DNA from: a virus
Lineage: Duplodnaviria; Caudoviricetes
Reading direction: 5' to 3' (one strand)
Virus record (IMG/VR): IMGVR_UViG_3300032030_000038
Location: 35,425 to 99,424 of that record
Length of the DNA stretch: 64,000 nucleotides
This document shows, in pieces, positions 9,650-18,583 of the stretch. Numbering within the stretch: position 1 is the first letter of the stretch; every line of letters begins with the position of its first letter. The translations under genes and the position numbers were made by a program. The notes under the pieces are model-generated. The model had not been told where the DNA came from, ran no database searches, and saw nothing but the letters and a program-made list of their open reading frames with translations.

Positions 9650-11635
9650 TTAGTGAATCCAAAAATTTCCAACTTCAGGAGTTGCTTCTAGTGGTATTAT
9701 CGGACAATAATTTTCTGAAGCCTTCTCCATACATTTTCTTAAAATATCTGGAACCATTGTAAATTCTTCCGGGTATTCCACAAGAATCTCATCGTGAACA
9801 GCTCCAACAATTAATACTTTATTCCATAATTTATGCATTCTAATCCATCTGAAAAACCAAATTATGGCAAGCTTTGTTATTTCACTTGAGCAACCCTGAA
9901 TAGGATAATTTTGCGATAGTCTTTGAATTGTATTATTTATTTTATTATACTCTCTTAAAGCATCTCTGTCATATGAATTTTGTATATCAATTAAAAGGTT
10001 TTTAAAATGTTCGTAATTATTTATCCAAAATTTCCTACCAGTAATTGGTGAAATCAGAACATAACCATGTTGCTTTGTGTACCTTCCTACTTTTTCAAAA
10101 TAATCTTTTAATCCTGAAAACGCTGTCATATATTGATTATAAATACGTTCACCTTCTTCAAGAGCCAAGCCTACATTTTTTGAAATTGTAAATCCCGTAC
10201 CACCATAAGCAACTGCAAACTCTACACTTTTGGCTATTTGCCTGAGATTCTTGAACTTGGCTTTTACATCCTCAATAGGAGTATCACCTATTTCATTTGG
10301 AAAAGTCAATTTTGCAACATAAGAATGCAAGTCTCCCAAACCTTTTTGATAAAACTCAATAAGTTTTGGTTCCTTTGAGAAGTTAACAAGAACAACCGAC
10401 TCTTGTCCATTATAGTCACAACTTACAAACTTATTATTCGGCTTTGCTATAAATGTTTCCCTAAATGCCGCTGTAGCAGGTATGTTCTGTAAATTTGGTT
10501 TAGAACTACTTAATCTCGAAGTACTTACTAACTGAGTATAATCACAGTGAATTCTACCAGTAGTTTTATTTACATACTTTAAAAAATCTTTGCCATAAGT
10601 CGACGCTAATTTTCGGTATTCACTATACTCCAAGAATAATGGTATTAAATCACATTTGTCTTCCTGTGGTTTAAGAACCTTTTCATTAATACTTATATTA
10701 CCATCAGCATCAACAGTATTTACACCAAGTTCTTTGAACAATTGTAATAACTGAGACTGACTGTCCCAATTAATAAGTACTTTATAATTGTTATCAGATG
10801 AAAACAAATCAAGTTGCAAATCTTGATACTTTGTCAAGTTTTTATCATAAATATATTTATTTAATTTGTTTAAACAATCATCACATTTTGCTTTATTAAA
10901 TTCATACAATTTATTCCACTTATCAACATCTATTCCCAAACCACAAAATTCAATATAAGCAAGGGGCCCAAGGAATTCATTTTCCAAATTAACTGCTTTT
11001 ATACAACCGTCTTTTTCAGCTAATTCCTTTTGCTTTGAATATACAGGTAACAAGTACTCAACATCTTTTGCTGAATACTGCAAAAATATCTCTGAAAGAT
11101 AATCATTAAAATTTTCTCTTACAGATTTATTAAGTCTATTACCAGTATAAACAAAAACAAGGGACATCAAAGAATACCAACCTAAATTCGCTTTATGCAA
11201 TAATTTTTTTCTTTCAATATCAGAACCGTCTTTTCCTAAAAACTTTATGTAAATATCTTTTAACCGCTCTTCATTAAGCCCATTATATAATACATACTCT
11301 GCAAGAAGTATATCCCATAAATTTCTTGGAAAAATATTGTTTTTATAAAAAAATTGCAAATCAAACTTTAAATTGGCTCCTACCTTTACAACATTTTCAG
11401 ACTCCAAAATACCCTTATAATTTGTTATATCAGTAGAAACACAATCTATTATAAGCTGATCCTCGATTGTTCCGAATTGTAATAAGGTTATTTTATCAGA
11501 ATGACAATCCAAACCAAGAGTTTCAGTATCTATACCGACTATATTACCCATTTTATCAAGCAATTCAATTGACTTTTGAACACTGATTATTTTAAACAAA
11601 TTTCCTTTATAATCTTTAGATACTATATATTTCAT
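9650..11635 (-). CDS. polA: DNA polymerase family A with 3'-5' exonuclease
   Basis: DTETLG (ExoI), NLKFD (ExoII), YSAKD (ExoIII), SRLSSSKPNLQNIP, motif A DYNGQE, motif B RQIAKSVEFAVAYG, NYPIQG, motif C VHDEI. Confidence 0.95.
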   Translation of the reverse strand: MKYIVSKDYKGNLFKIISVQKSIELLDKMGNIVGIDTETLGLDCHSDKITLLQFGTIEDQLIIDCVSTDITNYKGILESENVVKVGANLKFDLQFFYKNNIFPRNLWDILLAEYVLYNGLNEERLKDIYIKFLGKDGSDIERKKLLHKANLGWYSLMSLVFVYTGNRLNKSVRENFNDYLSEIFLQYSAKDVEYLLPVYSKQKELAEKDGCIKAVNLENEFLGPLAYIEFCGLGIDVDKWNKLYEFNKAKCDDCLNKLNKYIYDKNLTKYQDLQLDLFSSDNNYKVLINWDSQSQLLQLFKELGVNTVDADGNISINEKVLKPQEDKCDLIPLFLEYSEYRKLASTYGKDFLKYVNKTTGRIHCDYTQLVSTSRLSSSKPNLQNIPATAAFRETFIAKPNNKFVSCDYNGQESVVLVNFSKEPKLIEFYQKGLGDLHSYVAKLTFPNEIGDTPIEDVKAKFKNLRQIAKSVEFAVAYGGTGFTISKNVGLALEEGERIYNQYMTAFSGLKDYFEKVGRYTKQHGYVLISPITGRKFWINNYEHFKNLLIDIQNSYDRDALREYNKINNTIQRLSQNYPIQGCSSEITKLAIIWFFRWIRMHKLWNKVLIVGAVHDEILVEYPEEFTMVPDILRKCMEKASENYCPIIPLEATPEVGNFWIH

Positions 11636-12063
11636 AGAACTATTTTCTTGGTTTTGTAATTTATTACAGCATTGTTTTCCAATAAAAAAGAATTACCTAA
11701 TATACCACATACATTTTTATTATATTCATATTGTGATTTTAAAAATTCTATTTGGTTTGAAAAATCGCATACTATAAATGAAGAATTATACGAATTATTA
11801 TTCAAATCAAATTCCAAATCAACAGTAGATGTGGAAACAAATTCTGAGTTTGGTATTAATACTGTATTATTATCATCTTTTATCTTGTTAGTCTGCAAAT
11901 TGTATTTTACATAAGTCTTGTCTATAAAATTAGAAGTTGCTCCCGTATCAACAATAAAAGATACATCATTTGAATTTATTTTTGTGTCTACAATAAGCAG
12001 ATTACAAGAATCAAGGCTGCTCTTTACAGAGCAACCCTGATTTCTTAATAACTGTAGACACAT
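11632..12063 (-). CDS. Retropepsin-like aspartic protease
   Basis: FIVDTGAT catalytic motif and GILG flap motif; ATG at 12063 lies one base after the upstream mini-ORF stop; ATGA overlap with polA. Confidence 0.8.
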   Translation of the reverse strand: MCLQLLRNQGCSVKSSLDSCNLLIVDTKINSNDVSFIVDTGATSNFIDKTYVKYNLQTNKIKDDNNTVLIPNSEFVSTSTVDLEFDLNNNSYNSSFIVCDFSNQIEFLKSQYEYNKNVCGILGNSFLLENNAVINYKTKKIVL

Positions 12064-12064
12064 A

Positions 12065-12244
12065 TTAATAGATATCGGGATCAAGATATTCGTCAATCAT
12101 TCTATCTATTACCTCGTCTGGAAGTTCCGGATTGAGATGTTCCTCAATCATTTTATCCGCAATTTCATCGGGTAATTCAGGATTAAGATGTCTTTCAATC
12201 ATTTCATCAATAAGATTTCCATTAGTTAATTCTTCTTCTTTCAT
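12065..12244 (-). CDS. 59-aa acidic tandem-repeat protein (absent from the ORF track)
   Basis: Manual translation MKEEELTNGNLIDEMIERHLNPELPDEIADKMIEEHLNPELPDEVIDRMIDEYLDPDIY*; 17-aa repeats with synonymous codon differences; TACTAACTTAAAA upstream. Confidence 0.75.
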   Translation of the reverse strand: MKEEELTNGNLIDEMIERHLNPELPDEIADKMIEEHLNPELPDEVIDRMIDEYLDPDIY

Positions 12245-12273
12245 GTTAATTTGTTTTAAGTTAGTAAAATAAT

Positions 12274-12789
12274 TTAATTTTTGTTAACAACTTTCCAATA
12301 TTCATCATGGATTTTTTCTCCATCAATATTTCCCCATTTACAAGGCTTAATACATTTATAAAAACAAACATCTGACAGAAGTTCACCCACTACATCTGGA
12401 AATTCTTTGCAAGTAATCTGAACTGCTTTATTCAGCTTTTTGGCTTGCCACTTGTTTACCAGCTTTACCAATCCAATACTCCTATTAAAATCAGATAATC
12501 CAACTCTACGCCATCCAAACTGAGTCTTCTTGATAGGAATTAAATAATAATCAATTTTCCATATTAACAGTTCAAACCAACTTTCTCCACGAAATAGTTT
12601 ATAACCAAAAAGAATAGTGGATATTTCTCCATTCCACATTCGAAAATAATCATCCCTGTAAGTACCGTACTTCTCTTTACCATACACCCCGCACTTTGCC
12701 CATTTTCTGATACGATACTCAAGAATGTCAATGGCATTATATAATTGATTACCATACTTTTTAAACCATTCGTCTCCCCATATATGCAT
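12274..12789 (-). CDS. Hypothetical protein
   Basis: 171-aa ORF with KEKYG motif. Confidence 0.7.
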   Translation of the reverse strand: MHIWGDEWFKKYGNQLYNAIDILEYRIRKWAKCGVYGKEKYGTYRDDYFRMWNGEISTILFGYKLFRGESWFELLIWKIDYYLIPIKKTQFGWRRVGLSDFNRSIGLVKLVNKWQAKKLNKAVQITCKEFPDVVGELLSDVCFYKCIKPCKWGNIDGEKIHDEYWKVVNKN

Positions 12790-12797
12790 AATATTTT

Positions 12798-13037
12798 TTA
12801 TTTAGTTTCATAATTAATAATTTCATTGCATATTCTTTTTAACATTAAATATAAATTAATAACCATTTTTGTAGCATGTCCATATTCTTGTGTCTCTCCT
12901 GTAATTATTTCAACAGCTATAAAACTAAGTTCAACACATATAATAGCAATATATGCTATTATAACAAATGGGAAAATAAAAGCAATAACAAGAAGCATTA
13001 ATAAAATTGCTTCAATATATTTAATCATTTTTTTCAT
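12798..13037 (-). CDS. Small membrane protein
   Basis: Long hydrophobic stretch, residues ~8-45. Confidence 0.6.
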   Translation of the reverse strand: MKKMIKYIEAILLMLLVIAFIFPFVIIAYIAIICVELSFIAVEIITGETQEYGHATKMVINLYLMLKRICNEIINYETK

Positions 13038-13038
13038 T

Positions 13039-13287
13039 TCAAATACATTCTAGAATTTCTTCTTTTACAGAACAATCAGAAATGAAATTCCCATCTTCAT
13101 CGTATACATCAAATCCCCCAATATCATCAGGGAAAATCCCAATTTCATCCTCATAATAATAAGGATGTACTATCAAATCTGATTTACCATCATTAACTTT
13201 TAGAATAAAATCCTCGCCTACTTCAGGAGAATAATTATCAAATTCTTCCAAAGTAACTATTCTATAATATTTATTATGATCTACCAT
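13039..13287 (-). CDS. Acidic hypothetical protein
   Basis: 82-aa ORF in operon spacing. Confidence 0.6.
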   Translation of the reverse strand: MVDHNKYYRIVTLEEFDNYSPEVGEDFILKVNDGKSDLIVHPYYYEDEIGIFPDDIGGFDVYDEDGNFISDCSVKEEILECI

Positions 13288-13292
13288 TTTAA

Positions 13293-15521
13293 TTACTTTT
13301 TACAAATCATTAGATTACAAACAGAATAACCACAATTTGTACATTCCTTGCACCCACCATGTTTTATAAGTTTTTCACCACATTCAGGACACACAGCATA
13401 ACTTGTGTCATCACTGTCATCATAATACTTATTAAGTACACGACAAATAGCAGAAGTGAATGATGAAATTACAGGATTGACTTTCTTAGCAGTTTTTATG
13501 ATGAAATTTATATCAGCATGATGCCTTAACAACATTGAAATATACAAAGTAGTTGCTCTTTCTTCAATATTACCATAATAATCATTGAGATTATCAATAG
13601 TATATGAATAAGATGAGCTTACAAATTTAAACAGTCCCTTCTTTATCTTGATAGTACTGCCTGTTGATTCAACAATATCAGTCCTATCTTCAGGGATTTT
13701 AAATGCAAATACTTCATATGGCTTCTTGTCCAATTCACCAACAACAACAGCAAATTTTTCACCGTTAACTGTGATTTTATATAAAGTTGAATTGATTACC
13801 TTTGGACGTTTCTTCACTTTTAAAGGTTGTTTTTGCTCTTCTTTATTTACAAACAACACAGGATCCCTGCTACCATCCCTGTAAATAGTAATTCCCTTCA
13901 AACCTCTACTCCATGCATATAAATACAATTGCTCGACTTCATCAATTGTTGTTTCTTTAGGAAGATTCGTAGTGGAACTTATGGCAGTATCAACATATTC
14001 CTGAGCAATTGCTTGAATATCGACACGAAGTTTCCAAGGAATATCATTTGCTGTAACGAAATAATAAGGCAAGGAATCGACAGTATCTTCAGGATGTAAT
14101 TTCAAATAATATTCAACAATCTCAGGATAAACAGTATATACAGATTCTTTACCATCAATAGATACTGTTTTTCTTTGATATTGTAATGCAAACAAGGGCT
14201 CTATACCCATTGTGGATGCACCAATCAGATTACTTATTGAGCCTGTAGGAGCAATAGTAAGCATCGAACAGTTCCTGAGATACTTTACAGGCTTCTCTGA
14301 ATATTCTTCTCCAAAAGAGTGATTTACAATATCAGTAAGACCATAATTATTGGCAGCCTTGAATTTAGCAAAACATCCATATTTCTTACCAAAGAATTGA
14401 TTCAATTTAAAACATTCTTTAAATAAGAATTTCATAATTTCTTTAGTAAGCTCTTTTGATTTGTCACTACCATAAGGTGTTTGGAACATTATAAACACTT
14501 CGGCAAGACCCGTAATACCAATGCCTATATTGCGCCAATTTTCAGCAGCTTCACGCTGTTCTTTCAATGCATGCTTTTCCATACCTTCGTCAATAACATC
14601 ATTCATTGCCTTGTAAATGTAAGGCAAGTCTTCTGCAAGCTCTGAATAATTGAATTTTACATCATTTGTAAAGGGATTCTGTACATACTTTGCAAGATTG
14701 ATTGCTGACAAATTACATGCACCGTTTTTAATCAAAGGCTGCTCACCACAAGGATTAACACATTCTATTGTATAATCTTTGTCATATTGATTAAGATTAT
14801 ATGTATTTATTGTGTCCATGAATAATACACCAGGTTCAGCACATTCCCATGCATATTTGCACAATAATTTAAACAACCTTATAGGTACAATAGTATATTC
14901 AATAACAGAATTTTCATACTTACGAGAACAATGCATTTCAATTTCTTCATTGTCTGTATAATATTTCTGCACAGCATACATGAATTCATCACTGATTTCC
15001 AAAGATAAATTTGCATTATTTATCCTGTTCAAATCAGTCTTGATTTTCATGAATGTCTCTGCTTCCTTGTGTGTAATATCCAATGACATAAGCAAAGCAC
15101 CTCTTCGTCCACCTCCTTGCGAAATACTGCCTGTAATCTTGTCAAACATCTCCATGAATGGTACAATACCATCGGATTGATATCTGTTCGCTACAGACGT
15201 TCCTATGGGCCTTATAAGGGACAAAGACACACCCTGTCCTCCTTGTGCCTTAAAAGTAAGAGCAATATTTTTGCAAGTATCCATAATTTCACTCAAAGAA
15301 TCACCTACTCTACCACTAGTATAACAATTACTAAGACTACCAATCAATCCTCTATTTGATAAAGTACGTCCACCAAAAATAAATTTTTTCTCTCTAATAA
15401 GTCTTTCAATGTACTTATCGCCACCAGAGACCCGGACGAACCAGTCGTCCAGGGTCTCATTGTTATGGCGATATTTAGATTCCCAAATGCGTTTAGCTAA
15501 ATCAGAATTTAAATATTCCAT
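13293..15521 (-). CDS. nrdJ: Class II (adenosylcobalamin-dependent) ribonucleotide reductase
   Basis: SLSNCY, SQGGGRRGALL, EPGVLF, NPCGEQPL, ACNL, TIAPTGS, AISSTTNLP, KGITIYRDGSR, C-terminal Zn ribbon; no beta-subunit gene nearby. Confidence 0.9.
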   Translation of the reverse strand: MEYLNSDLAKRIWESKYRHNNETLDDWFVRVSGGDKYIERLIREKKFIFGGRTLSNRGLIGSLSNCYTSGRVGDSLSEIMDTCKNIALTFKAQGGQGVSLSLIRPIGTSVANRYQSDGIVPFMEMFDKITGSISQGGGRRGALLMSLDITHKEAETFMKIKTDLNRINNANLSLEISDEFMYAVQKYYTDNEEIEMHCSRKYENSVIEYTIVPIRLFKLLCKYAWECAEPGVLFMDTINTYNLNQYDKDYTIECVNPCGEQPLIKNGACNLSAINLAKYVQNPFTNDVKFNYSELAEDLPYIYKAMNDVIDEGMEKHALKEQREAAENWRNIGIGITGLAEVFIMFQTPYGSDKSKELTKEIMKFLFKECFKLNQFFGKKYGCFAKFKAANNYGLTDIVNHSFGEEYSEKPVKYLRNCSMLTIAPTGSISNLIGASTMGIEPLFALQYQRKTVSIDGKESVYTVYPEIVEYYLKLHPEDTVDSLPYYFVTANDIPWKLRVDIQAIAQEYVDTAISSTTNLPKETTIDEVEQLYLYAWSRGLKGITIYRDGSRDPVLFVNKEEQKQPLKVKKRPKVINSTLYKITVNGEKFAVVVGELDKKPYEVFAFKIPEDRTDIVESTGSTIKIKKGLFKFVSSSYSYTIDNLNDYYGNIEERATTLYISMLLRHHADINFIIKTAKKVNPVISSFTSAICRVLNKYYDDSDDTSYAVCPECGEKLIKHGGCKECTNCGYSVCNLMICKK

Positions 15522-16564
15522 TAATCAATAATATTTATGTAAGTAATTTGGTTAGTATTTTGCTTTGAATAAATGTCGTTTATAATATTTTCAGGATAAT
15601 TAAACTCTCTGTTTGTTCTGTGCCATTCGATTTTATTGATTATTTCAATATATTTAGGAACAGAAGCTCCTTTCTTTGAAATAACAAGATTTCCTTCCTC
15701 ATTATATTTTATAGGAAAGTTAAAAATCATTGGTACAGAATTTTGAGCGCTTACTACAAGAAATTTAAAATCATCAATTTCCCATAAACCACAATCATCA
15801 CAGTTACTTATACACCACTTTAAAACATCCTGATACATTTCAGCTTGTCTATAATATCTGAATTTGTAAAATGAATTTTCAACCCATTCACTTTCAGGAG
15901 ATTGTGTGACTTTTAAATCAAATGGTATTATTTTATGATTTTTTTCATCAACAAGAATCATGTCATGCAATGTTCTTACATTGCCTTTTGTCATCCTAAC
16001 TTGATAAAAAGCCTTGAAATTTGTAAATAACTTTTTAGTAAGTTCACCTGTCTTTAAAATATTTACAATATTTACAGCCTGATTATAATCATCAGCTGTT
16101 ATTGATATTTTTGAACTATTACATTGAAACTTTTTAAACGATTCGAAAAGATTATATACTTTTTGAAGTACTGTATCGTCTTTAAAAGAAGCATATATTT
16201 TATTCAATCTGCATATAGACAATATAAAATTGTCACTTTCTTCCGAACGGTTTGAGAAATAAACAGGTAATCCGGAGTCAAATAGATTTTCATTAAAGAT
16301 ATTGTATAATTCCATCTGCTTTTCTGAAAGCATATCATCAGAATTACAAATATAAAATTCACTGTTAAAAATTTCCGGAGTAAACAACAAACAATCAACC
16401 AAAGAACCGAAATTCATTGCTTTTGTTGCTTTACACTCAATAAGTAATCCTTTAGGACCATATTTTTCAAAATTTACAACATCAGAATGTCCAATTCTGC
16501 TATCTGCAAAATAATCTTCTTTATTCCACTTTGAGTTTTTTCTTAACAAATCAATTACATTCAT
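15521..16564 (-). CDS. PD-(D/E)XK exonuclease (RecE/DUF3799-like)
   Basis: FGSLVDCLL, DMILVD...PFDLK, YYRQAEMY. Confidence 0.75.
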   Translation of the reverse strand: MNVIDLLRKNSKWNKEDYFADSRIGHSDVVNFEKYGPKGLLIECKATKAMNFGSLVDCLLFTPEIFNSEFYICNSDDMLSEKQMELYNIFNENLFDSGLPVYFSNRSEESDNFILSICRLNKIYASFKDDTVLQKVYNLFESFKKFQCNSSKISITADDYNQAVNIVNILKTGELTKKLFTNFKAFYQVRMTKGNVRTLHDMILVDEKNHKIIPFDLKVTQSPESEWVENSFYKFRYYRQAEMYQDVLKWCISNCDDCGLWEIDDFKFLVVSAQNSVPMIFNFPIKYNEEGNLVISKKGASVPKYIEIINKIEWHRTNREFNYPENIINDIYSKQNTNQITYINIID

Positions 16565-16576
16565 AAACCTACAATT

Positions 16577-16786
16577 TTAATAATATATTTCATCTTCATC
16601 TTCCACCAGATCATCTGAAATACCACTTAATTCAAAAGATAAATCTGCAGTTTTTTTCAACAAATCATCAATAATGAATTCAATGTCTTCATACTGACCA
16701 TTTTTGAGCAAAGATAATAAATTTTTCTCTAACTCAGGTTTTAAATTGAGTTTTTTAATTTTTTTTGCAATTTGAACTAGTGACAT
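16577..16786 (-). CDS. Small protein with acidic C-terminus
   Basis: 69-aa ORF. Confidence 0.6.
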   Translation of the reverse strand: MSLVQIAKKIKKLNLKPELEKNLLSLLKNGQYEDIEFIIDDLLKKTADLSFELSGISDDLVEDEDEIYY

Positions 16787-16789
16787 ACT

Positions 16790-17251
16790 TCATAGATTAT
16801 CAGTTAATATCATATTTACACATTCCTTAACTTGTTTTTGATTATGTGGTTCCATAAAAACTATATTTTTATCAACCTTTTTTGATAACACATCTTGACA
16901 ATATTTAAGGAACATTTTTTTCTTTAGAGGATAGGAATCATTTGGTTTCCCTTTTGTTTCTATAAAAATCCAATTGTTTTTATACTTTACCATAAAATCA
17001 GGGGTATATGTAATATCCCTGATTTTATTGCAGTAATGTAAAAGATTATAACCAGAACCCCTCTTCTTCGGTGTTATTATTTTAACACGGTCTGGAATAA
17101 ATCCAGATAAAAGAGTGACTTTTATTGGTTCATATTTAGGAGATAGTCCAACTTCTTTCAATTGTTGATAACAATATCCTTCAAGTTTTGATTTGAATTT
17201 TATGTTATCAATAACAATCGATTGCGCATTTTTTACCTTTTTATTACTCAT
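16790..17251 (-). CDS. Endonuclease (DUF1064 / T7 endonuclease I-like; possible resolvase)
   Basis: FKSKLE, YTPDF, IETKG. Confidence 0.8.
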   Translation of the reverse strand: MSNKKVKNAQSIVIDNIKFKSKLEGYCYQQLKEVGLSPKYEPIKVTLLSGFIPDRVKIITPKKRGSGYNLLHYCNKIRDITYTPDFMVKYKNNWIFIETKGKPNDSYPLKKKMFLKYCQDVLSKKVDKNIVFMEPHNQKQVKECVNMILTDNL

Positions 17252-17254
17252 AGG

Positions 17255-18583
17255 CTACTTTATAAATTTTGATATACAAATCAAATCATCCAGACCTGAT
17301 TCAGCACCTATATAATCATGTAATAATTCCTGTTTTTGCTTTAGAGTTTCCAAGTCTCTCAATGCTCTGAACATAGAACACCTTTTTACATGAGGTGCTT
17401 CATAACAATAAGCAACATCAATCACATCATAAAGAGAGTCACCCATATCACTATATAAAGCCGTATTCAATTCCGTATAGAAATTTTCAATTGGCAAATC
17501 TTTTAATCTACAATAAATAGATTCCGCTATTTTAATCATTCCTGTCAGAATGTACAACCAAATAGTTATTTTATTAAAATTTCTGGTCGGACTTAAAAAG
17601 CGAAATTCAACAGTTTTATGTTTCTTATAAAACAAAAGATTTATAAAATTGACCCAATGATATCTTGATGATACATTCCACTTTCTCGTTCTTGAAGAAT
17701 CATTTGGATGATTGGCTGTCAAATCAATCTTTGAGATATCATTTTCATTTATATAGAAATCTTCATTACTGATATAGTAATTATACATTTCAGATATATT
17801 TGAAAAATCCAAAAGTTTTTTACAATAATCCTTTTTACTCTTTTTGAATTTTGAAGTATTAAATGCATACTTTGGAATGACAGAAACAATTGCATCTTCA
17901 AATTTTTTACATACCTTATATAATGTAAATATGAATCTTATATCATTAGGCACTTTTCCAAAATGAATATGCAACGAACATTCTTTATCAAAACTTGTAT
18001 ACTTTTTAAGCAATTTCAATTGATTTTTCAGAATACTCAAACCATAAGTCTTCCCTAATACAATAGATGAATATTCAAATCCTGAAATTGACCCATCTCT
18101 TAAAGGAATAAGTCCGTACTTATAGCATAAATGTTCTGGAATCATACCACTGCTCGTTTCAAACTCAAAACCAAAAGAATATTTCAATAGTGATTGAAGC
18201 TTATCATTAATCTCCCTGTCCTTTTCAGTATAAAGATTGAATCTTGTTAATAAATTATTGCAAGAATATTCCAAATTAAAAGTTTTGTATTGACAACGAC
18301 CTCTTTCTTTTAAACATCTATAAACTACAAGGGATTTATTATTTACATCTCCATATATATAAAAATAAACACCATTGTTTTTATTATAAAACAAATTTTC
18401 TTTATATTTTATTGATGTAATATCAGTCATCATATCTGCTATAAAGTGTTCAGGCGTTTCTTTATTACTTGAAACATAAAAAATTTGCATATACCCTATC
18501 TTATTATAAGCTACATCCACTCTTTTAGCTTCATATTCATTTGTATTTATCAATAAATCCTCATTAAGCAATAATACTCTCAT
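17255..18583 (-). CDS. Putative amidoligase (Amidoligase_2-type COOH-NH2 ligase)
   Basis: FGFEFET, RDGSI, GFEY, CSLHIHFG, RYHWVN, TVEFRF: glutamine-synthetase/GCS-fold metal ligands. Confidence 0.85.
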   Translation of the reverse strand: MRVLLLNEDLLINTNEYEAKRVDVAYNKIGYMQIFYVSSNKETPEHFIADMMTDITSIKYKENLFYNKNNGVYFYIYGDVNNKSLVVYRCLKERGRCQYKTFNLEYSCNNLLTRFNLYTEKDREINDKLQSLLKYSFGFEFETSSGMIPEHLCYKYGLIPLRDGSISGFEYSSIVLGKTYGLSILKNQLKLLKKYTSFDKECSLHIHFGKVPNDIRFIFTLYKVCKKFEDAIVSVIPKYAFNTSKFKKSKKDYCKKLLDFSNISEMYNYYISNEDFYINENDISKIDLTANHPNDSSRTRKWNVSSRYHWVNFINLLFYKKHKTVEFRFLSPTRNFNKITIWLYILTGMIKIAESIYCRLKDLPIENFYTELNTALYSDMGDSLYDVIDVAYCYEAPHVKRCSMFRALRDLETLKQKQELLHDYIGAESGLDDLICISKFIK

